Below are positions 12,430-22,196 of a stretch of 64,000 nucleotides of DNA, piece by piece. A program made the translations under genes and the position numbers. Origin of the DNA: an uncultured delta proteobacterium (GTDB lineage: Bacteria; Desulfobacterota; RBG-13-43-22). The stretch lies in assembly GCA_963843145.1 (NCBI GenBank), contig CAWJJC010000020.1:320001-384000 (forward strand). Reading direction: 5' to 3'. The notes under the pieces were generated by a model. It saw nothing but the letters and a program-made list of their open reading frames with translations, was not told the DNA's origin and made no database searches. Each line of letters opens with the position of its first letter. Within the stretch, counting starts at the first letter, position 1.

Positions 12430-12468
12430 TTTTTTTTACTATTTTATCTTTCTGATTGGAGCCCGAGC

Positions 12469-13137
12469 ATGATTACCGCCGAACGAAAACCCATGGAAGA
12501 GATCCTGGCCATGATTTCCCCCTACCAAAAAATCTTGGTGGTCGGCTGCGGCAGTTGCGTGGCCGAATGCGCCGCCGGCGGCGAGCGGGAAACCGGGTTG
12601 TTGGCCTCCGCCCTGCGCATGGAAGCCCGCATGACCAACCGGGATTTGGAAACCAGGGAACTGACCCTGGAACGCCAGTGCGTTTATGAGTTCATCGATC
12701 AACTGACCGGTCTGGTAGATCAGTACGAGGCCGTCCTGTCTCTGGCCTGCGGGGCCGGGGTACAAGCCGTAGCCGAAGTCTTTCCCAAAATCCCTATTCT
12801 GCCGGCCCTGAACACCACCTTTTTAGGACAGACCAAGGAGCCGGGACTCTGGCTGGAGAATTGCCGCGGCTGCGGCCACTGCCGGGTGCATCTTTTCGGG
12901 GATATCTGCCCCATTACCCGCTGTGCCAAGCAATTATTCAACGGACCGTGCGGGGGCTCTCAGAACGGCCACTGCGAAGTGGACCCTGAAGTCCCCTGCG
13001 CCTGGCAGCTCATTGTGGACCGCCTGGAAGAATCGGGTCGACTTTCGCAACTGGAAACGGTTTACCCCCCCGCGGACTGGTCGCGACAACAGGGAACCGG
13101 TCCCAGAAAAATCATCAGGGAGGACCAAAGGAATTGA
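12469..13137 (+). CDS. metV: Methylene-THF reductase small Fe-S/Zn subunit MetV
   Basis: GCGSCVAEC, ERQC, ACGAGVQ, CRGCGHC...ICPITRCAKQLFNGPCGGSQNGHCE, CAWQLI; overlaps metF. Confidence 0.9.
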   Translation: MITAERKPMEEILAMISPYQKILVVGCGSCVAECAAGGERETGLLASALRMEARMTNRDLETRELTLERQCVYEFIDQLTGLVDQYEAVLSLACGAGVQAVAEVFPKIPILPALNTTFLGQTKEPGLWLENCRGCGHCRVHLFGDICPITRCAKQLFNGPCGGSQNGHCEVDPEVPCAWQLIVDRLEESGRLSQLETVYPPADWSRQQGTGPRKIIREDQRN

Positions 13138-14057
13138 AAACGGAAAGCCAGTTAAAAAAAGTCTTAGCCGCCGATCATTTCGCCGTCACCGCCGAGTGCG
13201 GGCCTCCTAAAGGCGCCGACCCCGAGGCCATCCTTAAAAAAGGAAAACTGCTGGCCGGATACGCGGACAGCGTCAACGTCACCGATAACCAGACCGGGGT
13301 GGTGCGCCTCAGCAGCCTGGCGGCCTGCACCCTGCTTCGCCAGACCGGGCTGGACCCGGTGCTGCAGATGGTCACCCGGGACCGGAATCGAATCGCCCTG
13401 CAGTCGGACCTCCTGGGGGCCTCGGCCTTGGGAATTCGCAATGTCCTCTGCCTGAGCGGGGACCATCAATCCTTCGGCAATCAGCCCCAGGCCAGGGGAG
13501 TCTTCGATCTGGACTCCCTCCAGTTGATCAGCACCGCCCGGCAGATGCGGGACCAGGGCCAGGTCCTGGGAGGAGAGCCTCTGAGCGTGTCGCCGGACCT
13601 GTTTATCGGAGCGGCGGCCAATCCCTTTGCCGACCCCTTTTTGTACCGGGTCCTACGGTTGGCCAAAAAGGTTAAGGCCGGGGCGGAGTTCATCCAAACC
13701 CAATGCATCTATAACCTGGCCCGCTTTTCCGAGTGGATGGATAAAGTGCGGGAGCGCAATCTGGACCGGGAGGTCTATATTTTAGGCGGGATCACCCCCT
13801 TGAAATCGTCCAAGATGGCCGAATATATGAATAGTAAGGTAGCCGGAATGGATATCCCCGAGGAAGTCATTCGACGGATGAAGGCCGTTCCAGCCAAGGA
13901 ACAGCGCCGGGAGGGCGTGAAGATAAGTATCGAAACCATCCAGGCTTTGAAAGAAATGAAGGGCGTGCACGGGGTCCATATCATGGCCATTGAATGGGAG
14001 GAGGTCGTCCCCCCGATAGTGGAAGGGGCGGGCCTTTTCCCCCGACCGAACCTCTAG
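13134..14057 (+). CDS. metF: 5,10-methylenetetrahydrofolate reductase MetF
   Basis: VTAECGPPKG, NVTDNQ, QMVTRDRNRIALQSDLLGA, LSGDH and KVKAGAEFIQTQ. Confidence 0.95.
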   Translation: MKTESQLKKVLAADHFAVTAECGPPKGADPEAILKKGKLLAGYADSVNVTDNQTGVVRLSSLAACTLLRQTGLDPVLQMVTRDRNRIALQSDLLGASALGIRNVLCLSGDHQSFGNQPQARGVFDLDSLQLISTARQMRDQGQVLGGEPLSVSPDLFIGAAANPFADPFLYRVLRLAKKVKAGAEFIQTQCIYNLARFSEWMDKVRERNLDREVYILGGITPLKSSKMAEYMNSKVAGMDIPEEVIRRMKAVPAKEQRREGVKISIETIQALKEMKGVHGVHIMAIEWEEVVPPIVEGAGLFPRPNL

Positions 14058-14085
14058 CCAAAAATATTTGCAATATTTTTGGCTA
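14055..14085. repeat. 14-bp perfect inverted repeat starting at the metF stop codon
   Basis: TAGCCAAAAATATT-TGC-AATATTTTTGGCTA. Confidence 0.8.
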
Positions 14086-14130
14086 TAATAAAAAACGCTT
14101 TTAAAGGTTTAAAGATAACGTCTTTTTATA

Positions 14131-14201
14131 TAGGTGCTTATTGCATCCATTGTTGGAGACAAATCCTCAGTCCTCAGAACAATGGATGCAATAAGCACCT
14201 A
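14131..14201. repeat. 24-bp perfect inverted repeat with 23-nt loop (MITE-like element or leader hairpin)
   Basis: TAGGTGCTTATTGCATCCATTGTT (14131-14154) and AACAATGGATGCAATAAGCACCTA (14178-14201); TA at both ends; ends 4 nt before the AAGGA RBS. Confidence 0.9.
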
Positions 14202-14217
14202 AGGTAAGGATTAAGTT

Positions 14218-15606
14218 ATGCCAGCGAAGTACCATATTCAAACTGCTAACGTCCCCAACCGCTACCCGACCATCACCCGTTCCGGGGTGATCGCCTGGGA
14301 AGAGGGCTGCCTCAAATGCCCTCGCTGCGTGAAGCGGGATTGCGTCTACGGCGTTTATGACAAAAAAAATCTCGATGCCCGCCTGATGGTGGATTCTCTG
14401 GACAGCCTCTGTAAAGACTGTTTCCGCTGTGTCCAGAACTGCCCCAATCGGTTGATCCACAAGTCCCTGAACCCGGAATATAAAAAGTTAGGGGATACCT
14501 ATTGGACCCCCGAAATCATCTCCACCTTATGGTATCAGGCGGAAACCGGAAGGATCCCCGTTTCCGGGGCCGGGTATGGAGGGACTTTCTCCGGTCCGGG
14601 CTTTGATGCCATGTGGACGGATATGTCGGAGATTGTCCGGCCGACCCGGGACGGGATTCACGGCCGGGAGTATATCAGTACCCAAGTGGATCTGGGGCGC
14701 AAATGGATGTCGCTTGAGTTCGATGACCAGGGAAACCTGCTTTCGCCGACCCAATCCCTGGTGGAAATTCCCTTGCCGATTATTTTCGATCTCCTGCCCT
14801 GGTCGCCTCCCCGGGACCGCATCAATCATACCCTGCTTCGGGGGGCCCGGGGCATCGGCTCCTTTGCGGTGATCTCCCAGCAGGAATGGGAACCCAGCCT
14901 GAAACAATACCTGGACCATGTCCTGCTCTATATCAATCAGGCGGTGGAAACCGTGGACCCGGAATTGATCAAGAAATTGCGTTTGATCGAAATCCCCGAC
15001 GGCCCCCGGGTCCTGGAACGCCTGCGGAAATTGAAGGCTATCAACGCCCAAGCGGTCATCGCGGTCCGGTTGCCCCTCTCGGCCCGTTCCAGCGAACGGG
15101 CCTTGGAACTGACTCAGGACGGCATAGAAATCCTTCATTTCACGGCCAATGAACTGGGTCGGGAACAGGGAGAGGATCCCTGGTATATCAAAGACCGGAT
15201 CAAAGAAGTCCACCTCCACTTGGTTCGCTTCGGCGTCCGCGACCAGATTACCATAATTGCCGGGGGCGGAATCTCCATGGCGGAACACTTGGCTAAACTG
15301 ATCCTCTGCGGGGCCGATGCCGTGGCCGTGGACATCCCGTTGTTGATCGCCCTGGAATGCCGGGTTTGCCGCCGCTGCGCCGCCGGCATCCCCTGCCCGG
15401 TGACTATCGATCAGACCTATCCGCCTCGGGGGGAAGCCCGGATCAGAAATTTAATGGCCGGCTGGCATAACCAACTGCTGGAGATCATGGGAGCCATGGG
15501 AATTCGGGAAGCCCGTCGCCTGCGGGGGGAGATGGGCCGGGCCATGTTTTTTGAAGACCTGGAGGCGGATGTCTTTGCCTCCCTGGGAAAAGGAGTTGCC
15601 TCATGA
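14218..15606 (+). CDS. Glutamate synthase-related subunit: ferredoxin domain plus degenerate FMN barrel
   Basis: CLKCPRC and CKDCFRCVQNCP, GRIPVSGAGYGGTFSGPGFDAMWTDMSEIVRPTRDGIHGREYIST, AGGGI and ECRVCRRC..CP. Lacks MSFGS, TGEGG, QVA and QGAKPG. Confidence 0.8.
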   Translation: MPAKYHIQTANVPNRYPTITRSGVIAWEEGCLKCPRCVKRDCVYGVYDKKNLDARLMVDSLDSLCKDCFRCVQNCPNRLIHKSLNPEYKKLGDTYWTPEIISTLWYQAETGRIPVSGAGYGGTFSGPGFDAMWTDMSEIVRPTRDGIHGREYISTQVDLGRKWMSLEFDDQGNLLSPTQSLVEIPLPIIFDLLPWSPPRDRINHTLLRGARGIGSFAVISQQEWEPSLKQYLDHVLLYINQAVETVDPELIKKLRLIEIPDGPRVLERLRKLKAINAQAVIAVRLPLSARSSERALELTQDGIEILHFTANELGREQGEDPWYIKDRIKEVHLHLVRFGVRDQITIIAGGGISMAEHLAKLILCGADAVAVDIPLLIALECRVCRRCAAGIPCPVTIDQTYPPRGEARIRNLMAGWHNQLLEIMGAMGIREARRLRGEMGRAMFFEDLEADVFASLGKGVAS

Positions 15607-17117
15607 CCCCCCCCGTTCCTTTTATTCCCCCTGAAGTAAAACGGATGCCTTCCCGCTTCCGACAGGCCTTAAGCAAGTACCGGATCACCATCACCCCGGA
15701 CTGCGATAATTGCGGTCTCTGCGTTACCCTTTGTCCTTACGGCGTTTATCAGAAAGGCAGCCGGCGCCCCCGGGTGGCCCAGGAATATCGCTGTCTGGGT
15801 CCTTCCTGCCAAAAAAATGAATTCTATTGTTTGTCCCGCTGTCCGCGGGACGCCATTCGCCTGAATCTCAACCCTTCTTTTGAGGTTCTGGGGGATAAGC
15901 GCTGGACTTCGGATTTATTGGCCAGCACCTGGTATATGGCCGAAACCGGGGAGATCCCTTATCAGGATATCAACTATAAAACCGGAGATTCGGGCGGCGG
16001 CTTCGACAAAATCCGGTTTCGGCTCCCCGCCGTTCCCCCCCTGGAGATTCCGGAGGAAGATATCTCCCTGGGTATCGAGCTCAACCGGACCGGGGATGAG
16101 CGCCCCCAAGTCACTTTGCCCGTTCCCTTTTATTTGGGCGGCATGTCCTTCGGCTCCATCAGCATCCATTCCATGCTTTCCCGGGTTCGGGCCGCAACCG
16201 CCTGGGGAACCTTTTGCTGTACCGGTGAAGGGGGATTCCCGGACGACTTAATCCCTTATGACGATCACGTTATTACCCAGGTGGCCACCGGGCTCTTCGG
16301 GGTTCGGGAAGAAACCATTAAACGGGTCCGAATTGTGGAGTTTAAATACGCCCAGGGCGCTAAACCGGGGTTGGGTGGCCACCTGCTGGGTGATAAAGTC
16401 ACTCCGGAGGTGGCCCGGATGCGGGAGGCCGTGGTCGGAAGTTCCTTGTTTTCTCCTTTTCCCTTTCATAGCGTTTACTCGGTAGAGGACCATAAAAAAC
16501 ATATCGATTGGATCAAAGAGATCAACCCCCGAGCTTTGGTTTCCGTCAAAGTGTCTACCCCCAACGACGTGGACATGGTGGCCGTGGGCAGCTATTTTGC
16601 CGGGGCCCATATTCTGCAGTTGGACGGAAGTTATGGCGGAACCGGCGCCGCCCCGGACATTGCCAAGAAAAATATCGCCATGCCTCTGGAGTACGCCGTG
16701 CCTAAGGTTCACCGGTTCCTGAAGGACGAAGGGATCAGGGATAAAATCACCATCATTGCCAGCGGAGGAATCCGGACGGCTTACGATGCTGCCAAAATCA
16801 TCGCCCTGGGCGCCAACGGCATCTGTTTGGGCACGCTGGACATGGTCTCCTTGGAATGCCTGCGCTGCCACAACTGCGAATCCGGCCGCGGCTGCGCCCG
16901 GGGGATCGCCACCACCGATCCCGAATTGTCCAAGCTGATCACCCAAGATTGGGGTACTCAGCGGATTATAAATTCCTATACCGCCTGGATGAAACAATGG
17001 CGTTTTTTGCTCCGCCGGTTGGGATTGACCCGTATCCAGGACCTGGTGGGTCGCTGGGACTTATTGGTGCATTTGGATTATATTCGTCCGGAAGAGCTGA
17101 CCGGAGTTATCGACTAA
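15603..17117 (+). CDS. Glutamate synthase FMN-binding (synthase) subunit, GltB2 type, with N-terminal ferredoxin domain
   Basis: GGMSFGSIS, TGEGG, QVATGLFGV, KYAQGAKPGLGGHL, DGSYGGTGAAP, ASGGIRT and ECLRCHNCESGRGC. Confidence 0.9.
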   Translation: MTPPVPFIPPEVKRMPSRFRQALSKYRITITPDCDNCGLCVTLCPYGVYQKGSRRPRVAQEYRCLGPSCQKNEFYCLSRCPRDAIRLNLNPSFEVLGDKRWTSDLLASTWYMAETGEIPYQDINYKTGDSGGGFDKIRFRLPAVPPLEIPEEDISLGIELNRTGDERPQVTLPVPFYLGGMSFGSISIHSMLSRVRAATAWGTFCCTGEGGFPDDLIPYDDHVITQVATGLFGVREETIKRVRIVEFKYAQGAKPGLGGHLLGDKVTPEVARMREAVVGSSLFSPFPFHSVYSVEDHKKHIDWIKEINPRALVSVKVSTPNDVDMVAVGSYFAGAHILQLDGSYGGTGAAPDIAKKNIAMPLEYAVPKVHRFLKDEGIRDKITIIASGGIRTAYDAAKIIALGANGICLGTLDMVSLECLRCHNCESGRGCARGIATTDPELSKLITQDWGTQRIINSYTAWMKQWRFLLRRLGLTRIQDLVGRWDLLVHLDYIRPEELTGVID

Positions 17118-17141
17118 ACTTAAAAACTATCGGGAAGGACC

Positions 17142-19769
17142 ATGAACTATCAGTCAAACGCACAGGCCCTGATTCATTCGCGGGCTCATTTATTGGAAAA
17201 ACTGGATCCGGCACGGCGTTTACCCCGTCGGCCGGAGGCCGAAGAAGGCGGATGCGGGGTCACCGGTTTCGCCTGCAACATTCCGGTCAGTGGCCGTCAT
17301 ATATTCGAACCCTCAGTGCAGATGCACAACCGCGGCAATGGTAAAGGCGGAGGCATCGCCGCCGTGGGGCTGGAAGCCTCCAAGCTGGGGGTGGACCAGG
17401 GCACCCTGGATGGGGATTTCCTTTACCAGATTGCCCTGCTGGATAAAACCGTACTGCCCGAATTGGAGGCACAATTTATCCGCCCCTGCTTCCGGGTGGA
17501 TCACGAGGCTTTTCTGCCCACCGTGGACGACTACCGGGACGTGCCCGGTCTGGAATTGGAACCCCCGGCGGTCAAGCGCTATTTCGTTCGCGTCCGGCCC
17601 GAGGTGCTGGCCCGTTTTCAAAAAGAGCGCCGTCTCGACAAGCTTTCGGCCAGAAAAGTCGAGGAGGAATTCATCTACCAGAACTCCTTTCAACTTAATC
17701 AGCGTTACTACAGTTCCCTGGGGGACAAACGGGCTTTTGTCTTGTCCCATGGTCGGAACATGATGATTTTAAAAATCGTCGGTTACGCCGAACAGGTAAC
17801 CCAGTATTATCGTCTGGAAGATTTTAAGGCCCATGTCTGGATCGCCCACCAGCGTTATCCAACCAAAGGTAGGGTCTGGCACCCGGGCGGGGCCCATCCC
17901 TTTATCGGGATGGACGAAGCCTTGGTCCATAACGGCGATTTTGCCAATTACTATTCCGTCAGTGAATATCTTTTTCAGCGGAACGTGGTCCCCCTGTTTC
18001 TGACCGATACCGAAGTTTCGGTCCAGGTTTTCGATTTGTTAAACCGGGTCTATGGGTATCCTCTGGAATACATTATCGAGTCCCTGGCCCCCACTACGGA
18101 ATTGGACTTCGATCAGTTGTCGCCCGAAAAACAAAAGGTTTATCGTCAGATCCAGGCTACCCAGATCCATGGTTCCCCGGATGGTCCCTGGTTTTTTATT
18201 ATTGCCCGGAATATGCCCGGCCAACGGAAATATCAGTTAATCGGGATTACCGACACCGCTATGCTGCGGCCCCAAGTCTTTGCCCTACAAAAAGGGGAGG
18301 TGGAAATCGGGCTCATCTGTTCGGAAAAACAGGCCATTGACGCCACCCTCCAGAGCCTGGCCCGGGAGGACCCCCGGTTTGGAACCGTGGCTGACCGCTA
18401 TTGGAACGCCCGGGGAGGAAGCTACACCGATGGCGGGGCGTTTATCTTTTCGGTCCAGGAAAAAGCCCCAGGCGCCCTGGAGCTTACCTGCAACGACAAG
18501 TTCGGCCGGGAGATCACGGTCCCTCAAGACCGGCAACCCTACGATTTTCGGATCCCGATGGCCGATGACGGGCTGGAGGCCGGGATTCAGAAGAAGCTTA
18601 AAGAAGGGTTAACCTCGGGCTCCATTCCAGGACTGTTCAACGACTGGAAGTCTTTTTTGGCTGAGAGCGATTATCGCCGCCTGGGTTCCTGGATCCGTTA
18701 TCTGGTGGAATTGGCCCGCGCGGAAAAATTGAAACCCCAGGTCCTGGAACTGCTGACCCTGGTCCTGGATCGACGCTATCCCAGCGGTTCTAAACGGCGC
18801 CGCTCGATCCTGCAAATGGTCCTGGAAGGTCTGGACCGGATTTTTCTGGAGGTTCCCCTAATCCACGAGTCCAAGGGTAAAACCTATCTACGGATCGATT
18901 ATGACCACCGCCGCCATCTTCGGGCCCCCAGGGGCAAAGAAATGGTGCTGGTCATCGATGCTGGAAAATTCCCTCCCGAAGGGGAAGAATGCGATGCCCG
19001 GCTGCTGGTCAAGGCCTATGAACTGGGCTGGAAACGATTTATTGGTTTTGGGTTCCGCGGGCAGCGCTTCTTGGGCAACGGTCTGGGCCCGGATACCCAG
19101 GGGGTTCGGATTGATGCCTATGGGAGTTCCGGGGATTACCTGGGTTCCGGCATGGACGGAATGGAAATCTACGTCCACGGCAACGCCCAAGACCAGTTGG
19201 GGCAAATCCTCAAATCCGGAAAACTGGTGGTTTATGGCGATGTGGGCCAGACTTTTTTATACGGGGCCAAAGGCGGGGAGGTCTATGTGCTGGGCAACGC
19301 CGCCGGACGCCCGCTGATCAATGCCGTTGGGCGCCCTAAAGTGATCATCAACGGAACGGCCCTCGACTTCCTGGCCGAATCCTTCATGGCCGGAGATCCC
19401 CATCAGGGAGGGGGATTTGTTATCTTAAACGGCCTGACCGTGGAAACCCAGGGGCAAATCATCCCCCAGGATACCCCTTACCCGGGCTCCAACCTTTTTT
19501 CCCTGGCTTCCGGGGGAGCCATTTTCGTCCGCGATCCGGACCATAAGATTATTCCCGAACAGCTCAACGGAGGTGAACTGGCGCCTTTTACCGATAAAGA
19601 CTGGGAACTCATCCGGCCTTATCTGGAAGAGAACGAACGCCTCTTCGGGATAGCTATCCAGGAGCATCTTCTAACCGTGGCCGGGGAAGTCAAGGCCCCT
19701 GGACAGGTCTATCGCACGGTCCAACCGCTGAAACGGACGGTACTGACCGGCAGCGAGGAATGGGAATAA
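17142..19769 (+). CDS. Glutamate synthase amidotransferase plus GXGXG beta-helix fusion subunit (GltB1+GltB3)
   Basis: Propeptide then Ntn Cys (EEGG|CGV), HNRG, HQRYPT, HNGDFANY, TDTE; C-terminal GQRFLGNG, GSSGDYLGSGMDG and GDVGQTFLYGAKGG. Confidence 0.88.
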   Translation: MNYQSNAQALIHSRAHLLEKLDPARRLPRRPEAEEGGCGVTGFACNIPVSGRHIFEPSVQMHNRGNGKGGGIAAVGLEASKLGVDQGTLDGDFLYQIALLDKTVLPELEAQFIRPCFRVDHEAFLPTVDDYRDVPGLELEPPAVKRYFVRVRPEVLARFQKERRLDKLSARKVEEEFIYQNSFQLNQRYYSSLGDKRAFVLSHGRNMMILKIVGYAEQVTQYYRLEDFKAHVWIAHQRYPTKGRVWHPGGAHPFIGMDEALVHNGDFANYYSVSEYLFQRNVVPLFLTDTEVSVQVFDLLNRVYGYPLEYIIESLAPTTELDFDQLSPEKQKVYRQIQATQIHGSPDGPWFFIIARNMPGQRKYQLIGITDTAMLRPQVFALQKGEVEIGLICSEKQAIDATLQSLAREDPRFGTVADRYWNARGGSYTDGGAFIFSVQEKAPGALELTCNDKFGREITVPQDRQPYDFRIPMADDGLEAGIQKKLKEGLTSGSIPGLFNDWKSFLAESDYRRLGSWIRYLVELARAEKLKPQVLELLTLVLDRRYPSGSKRRRSILQMVLEGLDRIFLEVPLIHESKGKTYLRIDYDHRRHLRAPRGKEMVLVIDAGKFPPEGEECDARLLVKAYELGWKRFIGFGFRGQRFLGNGLGPDTQGVRIDAYGSSGDYLGSGMDGMEIYVHGNAQDQLGQILKSGKLVVYGDVGQTFLYGAKGGEVYVLGNAAGRPLINAVGRPKVIINGTALDFLAESFMAGDPHQGGGFVILNGLTVETQGQIIPQDTPYPGSNLFSLASGGAIFVRDPDHKIIPEQLNGGELAPFTDKDWELIRPYLEENERLFGIAIQEHLLTVAGEVKAPGQVYRTVQPLKRTVLTGSEEWE

Positions 19770-19788
19770 AGGTCTGAGGGATAAGGGT

Positions 19789-20367
19789 TTAGACCTCCAG
19801 ATATTCCGGCCAATTATAGAATTCGCGGAACAATTGATAGAGAAAAACACCGCCCAAAATTATAGCCGCTCCGATCATAACCGCGAACAAAACCGCCAGT
19901 ACCCAGACCCACCGGTTTACACCGCCAATCTCGGCCAGCGAACCAGCGGGCAAAGTCGCAGCCAATCGACTTCGGTATTCTCCAATTTTCCGTTTGGCCT
20001 GCCGAAAATACAAGTAATTGGCCACAGCCCCCCAAACGAACCAGGCAGGCAGGGCCAGGTGAGGGATCAACCACAGACCCAGGGCCACCAGGGCCCAAAC
20101 ATAGAGCTTACGGTACAATAACCACCAAAAGCCGTAAATAAAGGCCGACCAATTCCAGGTCAGCGCGAAGCCGTCTGTGGGACCGGTCTGAAACTTCTTA
20201 AATTTTACTAAATAGTATTCAGCCCGTGGGCCGATATAACCAATGAAATCTCCCTCTGTATCCATAACCGGCGTCCCGGATAATCCGGAATGGACTCTTT
20301 GCCCGCAGTTAGGGCAATAGTCGCCTCCCTCCGGGATTTCTTTTCCACACTGGCTACAAAAAATCAT
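19789..20367 (-). CDS. Zinc-ribbon plus DUF2628-like membrane protein
   Basis: CSQCG..YCPNCG at the N-terminus; TWNWSAF..WWLLYRKLY; hydrophobic helices. Confidence 0.75.
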   Translation of the reverse strand: MIFCSQCGKEIPEGGDYCPNCGQRVHSGLSGTPVMDTEGDFIGYIGPRAEYYLVKFKKFQTGPTDGFALTWNWSAFIYGFWWLLYRKLYVWALVALGLWLIPHLALPAWFVWGAVANYLYFRQAKRKIGEYRSRLAATLPAGSLAEIGGVNRWVWVLAVLFAVMIGAAIILGGVFLYQLFREFYNWPEYLEV

Positions 20368-20451
20368 TTATTAGTTGCCGCGGTTCATGCCTGGGTTTGG
20401 TTGGCTGACCCAAAAGCATCACAGGGTTATTGGATTTTTTTGATCAAACGG

Positions 20452-21892
20452 TCATAAAAAGACGCGGGAAACAGCCGCCGCTATCCTTCGCGCCCAATTC
20501 CGACCTAAGGTCCTCAATAAGGTACGGGGTAGGACGAATCGCCACCGTGGATGGCGTTGAAGATAACGGACCAGTAAAACCAAAAACATTTCATAATTCT
20601 TTTGGTAGCTAATCCGGCCGCGGGTGAAAAACCTAAAACCCTGCTCTGAATAGGGTTCGATAATCAATTCTTCCAGCGCCCGATCATAAATCGGTGTACC
20701 CGGGAAAAAAGCCAAATAGAAAAAATTGACCTTCACCTCGAAGGGTAGCTCCACCAAATAATCATAGGTTTGAATGATATCTTCTGAGTTTTCAAAAGGG
20801 TTATCGATGATAAAGTCAAGCAACAGGTCCAGTTGTTTGCTTTCTACGAGGGGTATAATCTGGCCGACCACTTCTTTGGTTTTGCTCACTTTTATCCTTC
20901 GATGATAGACCTCGTCTAAAACCCTTTGACTGCCTGATTGAACGCCCATTTGGATTATTTTAAGCCCGGCAGACAATAATAATTCCAGTTTCTCCTTACT
21001 ATAAGTGTTGGCGCTGATGGCTATTCCAAATGGAAGGCCGATCCTTTTTTTATATTGTTCGGCGAACTCCCGGAGCTCCTGCTTGGGCCTGAAAAAAAAA
21101 TCATCATCCCCAAATCCTATTAATCGGAAAAAATCATATTAGGGATAGAATCCGCTCCAACTCATCCAAGATGCGGCCTAGGCTATAAAATCGCAATCGG
21201 TTGCGTCCAAACATTGCCAGGTAACGGCAATTATTACAATAGGAACAATTATGCGGACACCCCCGGGAAGAAATCAAATAGAGAATCGGAACATAGTAGG
21301 GATACCCGGCACTTCGCTCTTGAAATATCTTTTTGCTTATGGGAAAAAGTCCCCGGTCCAACAGAAAATGATTTTCCAGACCATAGTCGTAATTCGGAAG
21401 GCTGTCCAAATCGGTGAAAGGCTGAAGCACGGGATTAATCACGGAATTCCCATTTATCTTGAAGGCCATGTTGGGTGTGGACAGGTAATTGTCCTGGTTC
21501 GCCATTCGGTTGACCAGTTCGACCACGGCTTGATCCCCTTCAGAAAAGCAGACCCCATCCGCGTATCGGAGACTCAACTCCGGGGCGGAGATGCAATGGG
21601 GTCCACCCCAAATGACCATCAACCCCGGATACTTTTGGTGAATATACCTTGTTATTTGAACGGCGCGGTAGGCATAGAAACTATAAACCGCCAATAAGAC
21701 CAGATCAGCCTCTAAAATCAGATCGTCTAACGCTTCCAGGTCTTTTAGGCTGTATTCCACGGGCTCCAACCTGGCTAAAAACACAGTCTGCACCCGATGG
21801 TTCGCCCTTTTTAGCAATGCCGAGATAAGGCGGGATCCATCCGAGGATAGCTGTCCAGCAACATTAATAAGCAGAATTCTCATTAGGTTCAT
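20452..21892 (-). pseudogene. B12-binding radical SAM protein, frameshifted near 21140 (possible sequence error)
   Basis: WGGPHC and SRGCPHNCSYCNN in the 21134-21892 ORF. An alternative frame continues GFGDDDFF..SAGLKIIQMGVQSGS..FFPGTPIY into the 20452-20976 ORF. Confidence 0.75.
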
Positions 21893-22196
21893 TCTTTAAT
21901 GCCGTGGCCTTTTTTTGTCAACTTCTAATGCGCCAAACTGTTTTCTCTCCCTCACTTCGGCGGTTTTAAATAACTACCCGAATGATCATCAGGGGGGACA
22001 GGTCAAAATTTATTCTTGACTTTTTACCGGCCTTGGATCGATTATTACGGCAACTCTCTAATTTCTGAATATATTTTCGATTTTGGAGGCCCGAGGAGCT
22101 GACAACCGCGTCCTTTTTACTTCTGTTAATAGATGATCGGCTTGGTTTATTCAAAAAGAGTAACTTTTTTCGAAAGATTTATCGGATTTTAATAAC

